From Escherichia coli (GTDB lineage: Bacteria; Pseudomonadota; Gammaproteobacteria; Enterobacterales; Enterobacteriaceae), in assembly GCF_013315695.1 (NCBI RefSeq), contig NZ_CP054353.1: 64,000 nucleotides of DNA; one strand, written 5' to 3'. How positions within the stretch are numbered: the first letter of the stretch is position 1; the number at the start of each line of letters is the position of its first letter. Both the position numbers and the translations under genes were made by a program. The notes under the pieces were generated by a model that was given only the letters and a program-made list of their open reading frames with translations, was not told the origin of the DNA and ran no database searches. Of this stretch, positions 23,418-33,430 are shown piece by piece.

Positions 23418-24233
23418 TTGACAAGCAGGAGTAATACTTTGGACATAAGAAAAGATTTGGAATCAGTAGCCCAATATATAAGTAGACTGTTATCGATAGG
23501 GTACGAATTTAGCCGTTTTGATAAAGACTGGGTCCATTTAAAAAATGAAGAGGATTTTCGTTTTATTTCAAGAATACCATTTGCAACACGGAATAAAGTG
23601 GAAGCAGTATATGCGGAAGGCAGAGATATGGCACTTTATATGTCTGATGAGTTACTATCCATTAATAGTGATTTCAGTAAATTTCCAACGTTGACAGCTA
23701 TTATCGAAAGATTCAAGGACACTTGGGTTTATGGTAATTATGATTCGGAAGTGCCAAATATAGCTAAAAAAACATGCGAAGAAAATGCAGTTCAGCTTTG
23801 GTCTGTAGAACAGATGTGTTCCTTATTCAAAAAGCAAGAACAACTATTAGCAGCAGTACGTATCACATTGCAGATGCTACAAGATAGTGACCTATACAAG
23901 ATGGAGAATGGTTTACCTCTTATGAAACAAGAAGCTAATATTCATGTCAGTGGAATTTCCGGTTCTAGTATCAATATACATTCTTCAGGTGCTACGGCAA
24001 CTACTACGACAAATTATAATGAGCCCACAATATTTAATGAAATGATTGAGGCAATAAAATCGAAAAACTTTGATGGCGCGACAGAATCACACCTTATAGA
24101 TAATGTACAGGCACTGGCAGCCAGTCACCAAAGCGGCTGTTTTAAAGAAGCATATAAGGACTTTATTAATAATGTATCTGCACACATTACAGTATTTACT
24201 CCATTTCTTGCTGGCATATCATCTTTACTATAA
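23418..24233 (+). CDS. Orphan hypothetical protein in AT-rich islet (function unknown)
   Basis: 271-aa ORF from the track; no in-frame ATG near the 5-prime end, likely start TTG at 23439 with AGGAG 8 nt upstream; AT-rich codon usage unlike flanking genes; C-terminal low-complexity Ser/Thr stretch and hydrophobic tail. Confidence 0.5.
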   Translation: MTSRSNTLDIRKDLESVAQYISRLLSIGYEFSRFDKDWVHLKNEEDFRFISRIPFATRNKVEAVYAEGRDMALYMSDELLSINSDFSKFPTLTAIIERFKDTWVYGNYDSEVPNIAKKTCEENAVQLWSVEQMCSLFKKQEQLLAAVRITLQMLQDSDLYKMENGLPLMKQEANIHVSGISGSSINIHSSGATATTTTNYNEPTIFNEMIEAIKSKNFDGATESHLIDNVQALAASHQSGCFKEAYKDFINNVSAHITVFTPFLAGISSLL

Positions 24234-24556
24234 AATAAGTGACAGATACATTAATACATAACGAAAAATCTTTTTAGCTACTCATTCATATCAATAGTGC
24301 CCTACCATAGGGCACATTATTCGTGGAACTCGTTTATGACAAAAGAATTTTGATGGTCTGCCTGATGCAACAGATATAATTCTGGGAGTGTTGAGTAAGA
24401 GTATTCACCGGCGCTCAACACAAATGCCAGCAAGCACGAGAAAGAGCAGGTAAGCCTGAGTGTTCAGGAAATGTTTGAAAAGGCTAATATGTGGCTGGTT
24501 TCAGATTAAACGCCTTGAACCGTCATATTACTTAAGTACAATCCGCCTAGACTAGC

Positions 24557-24630
24557 AATCATTCAATAGTAGCACTATCGAGCGCTCGCCAGTCGAGCGC
24601 AATCATGCTCCTTGCATACGGCGTGCAGCA
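24557..24630. repeat. Diverged direct repeat, right copy
   Basis: aatcattcaatagtagcactatcg ... cttgcatacggcgtg; partner of 23078..23150. Confidence 0.5.
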
Positions 24631-24778
24631 TATCACAAAACGATTACGCCATGACGGACTGCAGGCTACTCAATATCTGGCTCGATTAGCGTATTGGCAT
24701 GATTTAACAGACCCCGGCGCTTATTCCCAGCAACCTGAAGCGGCACCTCTTCCTGTGTTGCGTTTACAACTCCCTTTT

Positions 24779-25072
24779 TCACCCACGATTAACCAACAGC
24801 CAGACCAGCAGACAAGCCACCACCGGCACAGAAAAATCCATCAGGCTTGCCACATCCCACACGCGCGGATCAAAACCACCCCACCACGGCATATTCATAC
24901 GCTTGCCATGCCCGAACATTTCAATCCAGCGATATTCTGCCTGGGTATGTTCACGAGCAATGAAGAACGTACAACCGGCTATCGCCCCGTAAGCCCAGTT
25001 TCCGGTAAAAAGACCAACCAGTACCTGCGCAGCCACAGCACAAAGTGCATGAAGGAAAGGTGTTATATCCAT
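24779..25072 (-). CDS. Small hydrophobic (probable inner-membrane) protein, function unknown
   Basis: ORF track 24779..25087; ATG at 25070-25072 preceded by AGGA; MDITPFLHALCAVAAQVLVGLF... with about three predicted TM segments; its C-terminus is homologous to the fragment encoded by the left direct repeat. Confidence 0.5.
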   Translation of the reverse strand: MDITPFLHALCAVAAQVLVGLFTGNWAYGAIAGCTFFIAREHTQAEYRWIEMFGHGKRMNMPWWGGFDPRVWDVASLMDFSVPVVACLLVWLLVNRG

Positions 25073-25148
25073 TTTCATCCTACCCAATAAAACGAGGCGC
25101 TCGGCCCCTTAATATTATTTAGACGCAAGCGTCGGTAATGACTCCAAC

Positions 25149-25652
25149 TTATTGATAGTGTTTTATGTTCAGATAATGCCCGATGACTTTGTCATGCAGC
25201 TCCACCGATTTTGAGAACGACAGCGACTTCCGTCCCAGCCGTGCCAGGTGCTGCCTCAGATTCAGGTTATGCCGCTCAATTCGCTGCGTATATCGCTTGC
25301 TGATTACGTGCAGCTTTCCCTTCAGGCGGGATTCATACAGCGGCCAGCCATCCGTCATCCATATCACCACGTCAAAGGGTGACAGCAGGCTCATAAGACG
25401 CCCCAGCGTCGCCATAGTGCGTTCACCGAATACGTGCGCAACAACCGTCTTCCGGAGCCTGTCATACGCGTAAAACAGCCAGCGCTGGCGCGATTTAGCC
25501 CCGACATAGCCCCACTGTTCGTCCATTTCCGCGCAGACGATGACGTCACTGCCCGGCTGTATGCGCGAGGTTACCGACTGCGGCCTGAGTTTTTTAAGTG
25601 ACGTAAAATCGTGTTGAGGCCAACGCCCATAATGCGGGCTGTTGCCCGGCAT
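25149..25652 (-). CDS. insB: IS1 InsB frame
   Basis: 167-aa ORF identical to the other InsB copies. Confidence 0.9.
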
Positions 25653-25846
25653 CCAACGCCATTCATGGCCATATCAATGATTTTCTGGTGCGTACCGGGT
25701 TGAGAAGCGGTGTAAGTGAACTGCAGTTGCCATGTTTTACGGCAGTGAGAGCAGAGATAGCGCTGATGTCCGGCGGTGCTTTTGCCGTTACGCACCACCC
25801 CGTCAGTAGCTGAACAGGAGGGACAGCTGATAGAAACAGAAGCCAC
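25571..25846 (-). CDS. insA: IS1 InsA
   Basis: 91-aa ORF identical to the other InsA copies. Confidence 0.95.
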
Positions 25847-25925
25847 TGGAGCACCTCAAAAACACCATCATACACTAAATCAGTAAGTTGGCAGCATCAC
25901 CCCCGGCGTTAAGGGGAGAGATAAG

Positions 25926-26060
25926 ATGGTGCATTACGAAGTAGTTCAGTATTTGATGGATTGTTGCGGTATCACTTACAACCAGGCTGTGCAGGCTTTA
26001 CGCAGCAACGCCTGGGATCTCTGGCAGGCAGAAGTCGCTATACGTAGCAACAAGATGTGA
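25926..26060 (+). CDS. ydaG: Rac-prophage small protein (YdaG-like, 44 aa)
   Basis: Below the ORF-track cutoff; ATG 25926 to TGA 26058-26060 encodes MVHYEVVQYLMDCCGITYNQAVQALRSNAWDLWQAEVAIRSNKM; assigned by size and position next to sieB. Confidence 0.5.
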   Translation: MVHYEVVQYLMDCCGITYNQAVQALRSNAWDLWQAEVAIRSNKM

Positions 26061-26070
26061 GATTCGCAAA

Positions 26071-26226
26071 ATGCAAAAAATCGACCTCGGCAACAACGAA
26101 TCCCTGGTGTGCGGCGTGTTCCCCAACCAGGATGGAACGTTCACTGCCATGACGTATACCAAAAGCAAAACATTTAAAACCGAAACTGGTGCGCGCCGAT
26201 GGTTGGAGAAGCACACAGTAAGCTAA
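26071..26226 (+). CDS. ydaF: Rac-prophage small protein (YdaF-like, 51 aa)
   Basis: Below the ORF-track cutoff; ATG 26071 to TAA 26224-26226 encodes MQKIDLGNNESLVCGVFPNQDGTFTAMTYTKSKTFKTETGARRWLEKHTVS; convergent with sieB. Confidence 0.5.
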   Translation: MQKIDLGNNESLVCGVFPNQDGTFTAMTYTKSKTFKTETGARRWLEKHTVS

Positions 26227-26711
26227 CGATTAAAACGTCTACTCCTGCTGTTCCAGAATAACTTCATAAAATGGGAGTATTTTTCGGTGACGAGATAATA
26301 AGAACAGTTTGCGCTATCACTCTGATGTTGAATGATGCCCTTCCGTTCTAATTTTTTCATAACCGGGTTACGGCAAGGAGAAGTGATAATAAGATTTCCT
26401 GTTTTAAGGAAATCTTTAAATACAGCGATTTCTTTCTCAGATAAACGAAGCAATACTCGTTGCTCTGGTAGTAATGAATAATGCTTTTGAATATGTGCTC
26501 GCAATCTTGAGAAGGAAATGGCGACCACGAAAGAAAAGGCAAAAACGATAATCTGAAAGAGCCAAGGTATTTCAGTATAAGCATTGAATGCGACAGTAAA
26601 CTCTTTCGGTATCAGCCAGAGAGTGAGACCAAAAATGATAATCGTATACATAAGTCTTTCGAGTGGCTCGTTAGCAAAAAGTTTCAATAATGGAGTAGAT
26701 ACATCCAACAT
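26223..26711 (-). CDS. sieB: Superinfection exclusion protein B
   Basis: ORF track 26223..26834; ATG at 26709-26711 gives MLDVSTPLLKLFANEPLERLMYTIIIFGLTLWLIP... (162 aa) with two TM helices. Confidence 0.85.
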   Translation of the reverse strand: MLDVSTPLLKLFANEPLERLMYTIIIFGLTLWLIPKEFTVAFNAYTEIPWLFQIIVFAFSFVVAISFSRLRAHIQKHYSLLPEQRVLLRLSEKEIAVFKDFLKTGNLIITSPCRNPVMKKLERKGIIQHQSDSANCSYYLVTEKYSHFMKLFWNSRSRRFNR

Positions 26712-27151
26712 ATCAATAACTCTCAACTGTAAGGGTATTGAAATGTTAACACAAGCTCTCGCTGTAGGGGTATAGCCGAGACCACCGAAGCCCGGAGGTG
26801 GTGAAATAAAACCGGGCACAACACGAAGGCGCATTTCCGATATCCATAAAGAGTCGGTCTTGTCTGTTAAATTTAAATGGTGGGAGTGCGCCTCCGGTTG
26901 TAAATAACGACATTGCTGTGTGTAGTCCTGGCGGCATCAGTTTTTTCTTGAAGTTCGGCTGATGTCCGCCCTTTTTTAAGTGAATTTTGTGATGCGGTGA
27001 ATGCGGCTAAGCGCACGTGGCACAGTTAAAAGTCATGTTAGTCCTTATTGGTTTGGGTGGGAAAGCCGACTGTAATTGTTAACTGGTTGCAGTCACCTGG
27101 AGGCACCAGGCACCGCATCAACAAAGTTCATTTGTAAAAATGGAGATAATT

Positions 27152-27373
27152 ATGATTGCACATCACTTCGGAACTGATGAAATACCACGTCAGTGTGTGA
27201 CTCCTGGCGATTATGTTCTTCATGAAGGCCGGACATATATTGCCTCGGCAAACAATATTAAAAAGCGAAAACTATATATTCGTAACCTGACCACAAAAAC
27301 ATGCATTACTGACCGCATGATTAAAGTCTTCCTCGGTCGTGATGGTTTACCTGTAAAGGCGGAGTCATGGTGA
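27152..27373 (+). CDS. kilR: Rac-prophage killing protein KilR (FtsZ inhibitor)
   Basis: ORF track 27140..27373; ATG at 27152 after GGAG gives [42 protein letters not shown]... (73 aa). Confidence 0.9.
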   Translation: MIAHHFGTDEIPRQCVTPGDYVLHEGRTYIASANNIKKRKLYIRNLTTKTCITDRMIKVFLGRDGLPVKAESW

Positions 27374-27543
27374 TGACTAAGAAAATAAAATGTGCTTACC
27401 ACCTTTGCAAAAAAGACGTTGAAGAAAGCAAAGCTATTGAAAGAATGCTTCACTTCATGCACGGGATTTTATCAAAAGACGAACCGAGAAAATATTGCAG
27501 TGAATCTTGTGCCGAAAAAGACCAGATGGCACATGAACTTTAA
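27373..27543 (+). CDS. ydaE: Rac-prophage small zinc-binding protein YdaE
   Basis: Below the ORF-track cutoff; ATG overlaps the kilR TGA (TGATG); [56 protein letters not shown] (56 aa) with a Cys-rich motif. Confidence 0.7.
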   Translation: MTKKIKCAYHLCKKDVEESKAIERMLHFMHGILSKDEPRKYCSESCAEKDQMAHEL

Positions 27544-27617
27544 TTAATTGACTATTCGAAACTGAATTTATGCCAGAAATGGCAGGTATTCGCTCAACCT
27601 TAATTAAGGAGAAAAAC

Positions 27618-27893
27618 ATGATTACCAATTATGAAGCCACTGTTGTAACTACCGATGACATTGTTCACGAGGTGAATCTGGAAGGAAAGCGCATTGGCTA
27701 CGTAATTAAAACAGAAAATAAAGAAACCCCATTCACTGTGGTTGATATCGATGGTCCATCAGGCAACGTAAAAACACTTGATGAAGGTGTCAAAAAAATG
27801 TGCCTGGTGCATATCGGAAAGAATCTGCCCGCAGAAAAAAAAGCCGAATTTCTGGCAACTCTAATTGCAATGAAATTAAAAGGTGAAATCTGA
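27618..27893 (+). CDS. racC: Rac-prophage protein RacC
   Basis: ORF track 27570..27893; ATG at 27618 gives MITNYEATVVTTDDIVHEVNLEGKRIGYVIKTENKETPF... (91 aa). Confidence 0.85.
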   Translation: MITNYEATVVTTDDIVHEVNLEGKRIGYVIKTENKETPFTVVDIDGPSGNVKTLDEGVKKMCLVHIGKNLPAEKKAEFLATLIAMKLKGEI

Positions 27894-27994
27894 AAGAAAT
27901 AGCCTGCGTATGGCGCAGGCTATGAACAGTGTGTATCCGGCAAGATCATTCACTGAACAAAACGAATTTTAATCTGAGTTGAGGTTAAAAAACA

Positions 27995-30595
27995 ATGAGC
28001 ACAAAACCACTCTTCCTGTTACGGAAAGCGAAAAAATCATCCGGTGAACCTGACGTCGTCCTGTGGGCAAGCAACGATTTTGAATCGACCTGTGCCACTC
28101 TGGACTACCTGATCGTTAAGTCAGGTAAAAAACTGAGCAGCTATTTTAAAGCTGTTGCCACGAATTTTCCTGTCGTTAATGACCTGCCCGCTGAAGGTGA
28201 GATCGATTTTACCTGGAGTGAACGCTATCAACTCAGCAAAGACTCCATGACATGGGAACTAAAACCGGGAGCAGCACCAGACAACGCTCACTATCAAGGC
28301 AATACCAACGTCAACGGCGAAGACATGACTGAGATTGAGGAGAATATGCTACTCCCAATTTCTGGCCAGGAACTGCCCATTCGTTGGCTTGCTCAACACG
28401 GCAGCGAAAAACCGGTAACGCACGTTTCACGCGACGGACTCCAGGCATTACACATTGCTCGGGCTGAAGAACTACCGGCTGTTACTGCCCTGGCTGTTTC
28501 CCACAAAACCAGCCTGCTCGACCCGCTGGAAATTCGCGAACTCCACAAACTGGTTCGTGACACTGACAAAGTTTTCCCTAATCCTGGTAATTCAAACCTG
28601 GGACTGATAACTGCTTTTTTCGAAGCATACCTGAACGCTGACTACACCGATCGAGGACTGCTGACAAAAGAGTGGATGAAGGGTAATCGTGTTTCACACA
28701 TCACTCGCACGGCTTCCGGTGCTAATGCTGGCGGCGGAAACCTCACCGATCGCGGCGAAGGTTTCGTACACGATCTGACGTCACTGGCGCGCGACGTAGC
28801 CACTGGCGTACTGGCCCGTTCAATGGATCTGGACATCTATAACCTTCATCCGGCACACGCTAAACGCATTGAGGAAATTATCGCTGAAAATAAACCGCCC
28901 TTTTCTGTTTTCCGCGACAAATTCATCACCATGCCTGGCGGGCTGGATTATTCCCGCGCCATCGTGGTTGCGTCCGTAAAAGAAGCACCAATTGGGATCG
29001 AGGTCATCCCCGCGCACGTCACTGAATATCTGAACAAAGTACTGACTGAAACCGATCATGCCAACCCTGATCCGGAAATCGTGGATATTGCCTGCGGTCG
29101 CTCCTCTGCCCCGATGCCGCAGCGAGTAACAGAAGAAGGAAAACAGGATGATGAAGAAAAACCGCAACCATCTGGAACAACGGCAGTTGAACAGGGAGAG
29201 GCTGAAACAATGGAACCGGACGCAACTGAACATCATCAGGACACGCAGCCGCTGGATGCTCAGTCACAGGTAAATTCTATTGATGCGAAATATCAGGAAC
29301 TGCGGGCAGAACTCCATGAAGCCCGGAAAAACATTCCATCAAAAGATCCTGTCGATGCCGATAAATTGCTTGCTGCATCACGTGGTGAATTTGTTGACGG
29401 AATTAGCGACCCGAACGATCCGAAATGGGTAAAGGGGATCCAGACTCGCGATTGTGTGTACCAGAACCAGCCAGAAACGGAAAAAACCAGCCCGGATATG
29501 AATCAACCTGAGCCAGTAGTGCAACAGGAACCGGAAATAGCCTGCAATGCCTGCGGCCAGACTGGCGGGGATAACTGCCCTGACTGTGGTGCGGTGATGG
29601 GCGACGCAACATACCAGGAAACATTCGATGAAGAGAGTCAGGTTGAAGCTAAGGAAAATGATCCGGAGGAAATGGAAGGCGCTGAACATCCGCACAATGA
29701 GAATGCTGGCAGCGATCCGCATCGCGATTGCAGTGATGAAACTGGCGAAGTCGCAGATCCCGTAATCGTAGAAGACATAGAGCCAGGTATTTATTACGGA
29801 ATTTCGAATGAGAATTACCACGCGGGTCCCGGTGTCAGTAAGTCTCAGCTCGATGACATTGCTGATACTCCGGCACTATATTTGTGGCGTAAAAATGCCC
29901 CCGTTGACACCACAAAGACAAAAACGCTCGATTTAGGAACCGCTTTCCACTGCCGGGTACTTGAACCGGAAGAATTCAGTAACCGCTTTATCGTAGCACC
30001 TGAATTTAACCGCCGTACAAACGCCGGAAAAGAAGAAGAGAAAGCGTTTCTGATGGAATGCGCAAGCACAGGAAAAACAGTTATCACTGCGGAAGAAGGC
30101 CGGAAAATTGAACTCATGTATCAAAGCGTTATGGCTTTGCCGCTGGGGCAATGGCTTGTTGAAAGCGCCGGACACGCTGAATCATCAATTTACTGGGAAG
30201 ATCCTGAAACAGGAATTTTGTGTCGGTGCCGTCCGGACAAAATTATCCCTGAATTTCACTGGATCATGGACGTGAAAACTACGGCGGATATTCAACGATT
30301 CAAAACCGCTTATTACGACTACCGCTATCACGTTCAGGATGCATTCTACAGTGACGGTTATGAAGCACAGTTTGGAGTGCAGCCAACTTTCGTTTTTCTG
30401 GTTGCCAGCACAACTATTGAATGCGGACGTTATCCGGTTGAAATTTTCATGATGGGCGAAGAAGCAAAACTGGCAGGTCAACAGGAATATCACCGCAATC
30501 TGCGAACCCTGTCTGACTGCCTGAATACCGATGAATGGCCAGCTATTAAGACATTATCACTGCCCCGCTGGGCTAAGGAATATGCAAATGACTAA
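27995..30595 (+). CDS. recE: Exodeoxyribonuclease VIII (RecE)
   Basis: 866-aa [44 protein letters not shown]...; full length with the C-terminal nuclease domain; overlaps the recT start by 8 nt. Confidence 0.95.
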   Translation: MSTKPLFLLRKAKKSSGEPDVVLWASNDFESTCATLDYLIVKSGKKLSSYFKAVATNFPVVNDLPAEGEIDFTWSERYQLSKDSMTWELKPGAAPDNAHYQGNTNVNGEDMTEIEENMLLPISGQELPIRWLAQHGSEKPVTHVSRDGLQALHIARAEELPAVTALAVSHKTSLLDPLEIRELHKLVRDTDKVFPNPGNSNLGLITAFFEAYLNADYTDRGLLTKEWMKGNRVSHITRTASGANAGGGNLTDRGEGFVHDLTSLARDVATGVLARSMDLDIYNLHPAHAKRIEEIIAENKPPFSVFRDKFITMPGGLDYSRAIVVASVKEAPIGIEVIPAHVTEYLNKVLTETDHANPDPEIVDIACGRSSAPMPQRVTEEGKQDDEEKPQPSGTTAVEQGEAETMEPDATEHHQDTQPLDAQSQVNSIDAKYQELRAELHEARKNIPSKDPVDADKLLAASRGEFVDGISDPNDPKWVKGIQTRDCVYQNQPETEKTSPDMNQPEPVVQQEPEIACNACGQTGGDNCPDCGAVMGDATYQETFDEESQVEAKENDPEEMEGAEHPHNENAGSDPHRDCSDETGEVADPVIVEDIEPGIYYGISNENYHAGPGVSKSQLDDIADTPALYLWRKNAPVDTTKTKTLDLGTAFHCRVLEPEEFSNRFIVAPEFNRRTNAGKEEEKAFLMECASTGKTVITAEEGRKIELMYQSVMALPLGQWLVESAGHAESSIYWEDPETGILCRCRPDKIIPEFHWIMDVKTTADIQRFKTAYYDYRYHVQDAFYSDGYEAQFGVQPTFVFLVASTTIECGRYPVEIFMMGEEAKLAGQQEYHRNLRTLSDCLNTDEWPAIKTLSLPRWAKEYAND

Positions 30596-31397
30596 GCAAC
30601 CACCAATCGCAAAAGCCGATCTGCAAAAAACTCAGGGAAACCGTGCACCAGCAGCAGTTAAAAATAGCGACGTGATTAGTTTTATTAACCAGCCATCAAT
30701 GAAAGAGCAACTGGCAGCAGCTCTTCCACGCCATATGACGGCTGAACGTATGATCCGTATCGCCACCACAGAAATTCGTAAAGTTCCGGCGTTAGGAAAC
30801 TGTGACACTATGAGTTTTGTCAGTGCGATCGTACAGTGTTCACAGCTCGGACTTGAGCCAGGTAGCGCCCTCGGTCATGCATATTTACTGCCTTTTGGTA
30901 ATAAAAACGAAAAGAGCGGTAAAAAGAACGTTCAGCTAATCATTGGCTATCGCGGCATGATTGATCTGGCTCGCCGTTCTGGTCAAATCGCCAGCCTGTC
31001 AGCCCGTGTTGTCCGTGAAGGTGACGAGTTTAGCTTCGAATTTGGCCTTGATGAAAAGTTAATACACCGCCCGGGAGAAAACGAAGATGCCCCGGTTACC
31101 CACGTCTATGCTGTCGCAAGACTGAAAGACGGAGGTACTCAGTTTGAAGTTATGACGCGCAAACAGATTGAGCTGGTGCGCAGCCTGAGTAAAGCTGGTA
31201 ATAACGGGCCGTGGGTAACTCACTGGGAAGAAATGGCAAAGAAAACGGCTATTCGTCGCCTGTTCAAATATCTGCCCGTATCAATTGAGATCCAGCGTGC
31301 AGTATCAATGGATGAAAAGGAACCACTGACAATCGATCCTGCAGATTCCTCTGTATTAACCGGGGAATACAGTGTAATCGATAATTCAGAGGAATAA
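30588..31397 (+). CDS. recT: Single-strand annealing recombinase RecT
   Basis: ORF track 30531..31397; ATG at 30588 gives [35 protein letters not shown]... (269 aa). Confidence 0.95.
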   Translation: MTKQPPIAKADLQKTQGNRAPAAVKNSDVISFINQPSMKEQLAAALPRHMTAERMIRIATTEIRKVPALGNCDTMSFVSAIVQCSQLGLEPGSALGHAYLLPFGNKNEKSGKKNVQLIIGYRGMIDLARRSGQIASLSARVVREGDEFSFEFGLDEKLIHRPGENEDAPVTHVYAVARLKDGGTQFEVMTRKQIELVRSLSKAGNNGPWVTHWEEMAKKTAIRRLFKYLPVSIEIQRAVSMDEKEPLTIDPADSSVLTGEYSVIDNSEE

Positions 31398-31453
31398 TTC
31401 AGCCTGGCGGTGTAATGCACCGCCAACTTGAAATATTTTTTATGAGAAAAATT

Positions 31454-31648
31454 ATGAGATATGACAATGTTAAACCATGTCCATTTTGTGGTTGTCCATC
31501 AGTAACGGTGAAAGTCATTTCAGGATATTACCGAGCGAAGTGTAACGGATGCGAATCCCGAACCGGTTATGGTGGAAGTGAAAAAGAAGCACTCGAAAGA
31601 TGGAATAAACGAACCACTGGAAATAATAACGGAGGTGTTCATGTATAA
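31454..31648 (+). CDS. ralR: Restriction-alleviation protein / type I toxin RalR (Lar)
   Basis: ORF track 31415..31648; ATG at 31454 gives MRYDNVKPCPFCGCPSVTVKVISGYYRAKCNGCESRTGYGG... (64 aa). Confidence 0.85.
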   Translation: MRYDNVKPCPFCGCPSVTVKVISGYYRAKCNGCESRTGYGGSEKEALERWNKRTTGNNNGGVHV

Positions 31649-31829
31649 AATTACCGCCACTATTGAAAAGGAAGGTGGCACTCCTACTAACTGGACAAGA
31701 TATTCAAAATCTAAACTAACGAAATCAGAATGCGAAAAAATGCTCTCAGGTAAAAAAGAAGCAGGCGTTTCCAGAGAGCAGAAAGTAAAACTGATAAATT
31801 TTAATTGCGAGAAACTTCAGTCCTCGTGA
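31641..31829 (+). CDS. ydaC: Rac-prophage protein YdaC
   Basis: ORF track 31569..31829; ATG at 31641 (GGAGG upstream) gives MYKITATIEKEGGTPTNWTRYSKSKL... (62 aa); overlaps the ralR 3-prime end by 8 nt. Confidence 0.7.
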   Translation: MYKITATIEKEGGTPTNWTRYSKSKLTKSECEKMLSGKKEAGVSREQKVKLINFNCEKLQSS

Positions 31830-31928
31830 ATTGCATTGTATTCAAATTAAAACTTCATAGCTGATTATTAATAATCAACATCGGGCGTCAATTTCAGTCT
31901 AACATTGGCGCCTGCCAGAGGTGATGCG

Positions 31929-32144
31929 ATGGCACAAGTAATCTTTAATGAAGAGTGGATGGTTGAATACGGCCTGATGCTTCGCACTGGTCTGGGGGCC
32001 AGACAAATTGAAGCATACCGCCAGAACTGTTGGGTGGAGGGCTTCCACTTCAAACGAGTATCTCCTTTAGGTAAGCCAGACAGCAAACGAGGGATTATCT
32101 GGTACAACTATCCAAAGATAAATCAGTTTATCAAAGACTCATGA
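31929..32144 (+). CDS. xisR: Rac-prophage excisionase
   Basis: ORF track 31905..32144; ATG at 31929 gives [44 protein letters not shown]... (71 aa); stop overlaps the intR start region. Confidence 0.8.
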   Translation: MAQVIFNEEWMVEYGLMLRTGLGARQIEAYRQNCWVEGFHFKRVSPLGKPDSKRGIIWYNYPKINQFIKDS

Positions 32145-32145
32145 T

Positions 32146-33379
32146 ATGTCTAAATTACCAACAGGTGTCGAGATTAGAGGTAGATACATTCGCATCTGGT
32201 TCATGTTTCGAGGAAAACGATGTCGGGAAACATTAAAAGGCTGGGAGATTACAAACAGTAATATTAAAAAGGCCGGAAATTTAAGAGCGCTGATAGTTCA
32301 TGAAATAAACTCCGGTAAATTTGAGTATTTAAGACGTTTTCCCCAGTCCAGCACTGGGGCAAAAATGGTGATAACGAGAGTCATAAAAACGTTCGGAGAG
32401 CTTTGTGATATCTGGACAAAAATTAAAGAGACAGAGTTAACAACAAACACAATAAAGAAAACGAAATCACAATTAAAAACACTCAGAATAATAATTTGTG
32501 AAAGTACCCTGATATCACATATTCGTTATAGCGATATCTTAAACTACCGGAATGAACTGCTGCATGGAGAAACGCTTTACCTGGATAATCCAAGATCCAA
32601 CAAAAAAGGAAGAACCGTGCGCACAGTTGATAACTATATCGCCCTGCTCTGTTCGCTGTTACGTTTTGCGTATCAGTCGGGATTTATATCAACCAAACCA
32701 TTTGAAGGAGAAAAAATTACAGCGAAACAGAATAAAGCCTGATCCGTTATCTAAAACAGAATTCAATGCATTAATGGAAAGTGAAAAAGGACAGAGCCAG
32801 AACATGTGGAAATTTGCAGTTTACTCAGGACTTCGTCACGGGGAACTGGCAGCTCTGGCGTGGGAGGATGTGGATCTCGAAAAGGGAATAGTGAATGTCA
32901 GAAGAAACCTGACGATACTTGATATGTTCGGTCCCCCAAAAACAAATGCCGGGATCCGGACAGTAACACTACTGCAGCCTGCTCTTGAAGCACTGAAGGA
33001 GCAATACAAACTGACCGGGCATCATCGCAAAAGCGAAATCACCTTTTATCATCGGGAGTACGGCAGAACCGAAAAGCAAAAACTGCATTTTGTTTTCATG
33101 CCCAGGGTGTGTAACGGAAAACAAAAACCTTATTACTCGGTAAGCAGTTTGGGGGCAAGGTGGAATGCAGCAGTAAAACGTGCTGGTATTCGCCGCCGTA
33201 ATCCGTACCATACGCGGCATACTTTTGCCTGCTGGCTGTTGACGGCAGGAGCGAACCCGGCATTTATAGCCAGCCAAATGGGGCATGAAACTGCGCAGAT
33301 GGTGTATGAAATTTACGGTATGTGGATTGATGACATGAACGACGAACAGATAGCCATGTTGAATGCGCGGTTATCATAG
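32146..33379 (+). pseudogene. intR: Rac-prophage tyrosine integrase, apparently split by a +/-1 frameshift near 32709-32716
   Basis: ORF 32146..32742 (198 aa, ...STKPFEGEKITAKQNKA*) and ORF 32552..33379 carry the N- and C-terminal parts (catalytic ...HTRHTFACWLL...) in adjacent frames; frames switch in the run gagaaaaaatt; the sum of the parts is about 411 codons. Confidence 0.7.
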
Positions 33380-33430
33380 TTGCAAAGTTTGCCCCCAATT
33401 TGCCCCATTTAGTACCAGAGAACTGAAATA

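Larger units (their letters stand above)
25134..25901 (-). mobile_element. IS1 insertion sequence, copy 3 (768 bp, inverted relative to copies 1 and 2)
   Basis: GGTAATGACTCCAACTTATTGAT at 25134-25156 and ATCAGTAAGTTGGCAGCATCACC at 25879-25901; identical InsA/InsB; no target duplication; ends 24 bp upstream of ydaG. Confidence 0.95.

Noticed and set aside
23417-23445. TTGACA hexamer as the promoter of the orphan ORF
   Set aside because: No acceptable -10 element sits at 16-18 bp spacing, and the hexamer overlaps the probable translation start region.
24605-25090. 161-aa plus-strand ORF overlapping the small membrane protein gene
   Set aside because: It is antisense to the membrane-protein ORF, has Pro/His/Gln-rich low-complexity composition and no ribosome-binding site.
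28820-29821. Reverse-strand ORFs of 138 and 147 aa inside recE
   Set aside because: They are antisense to the acidic central region of recE; the composition is a mirror artefact.
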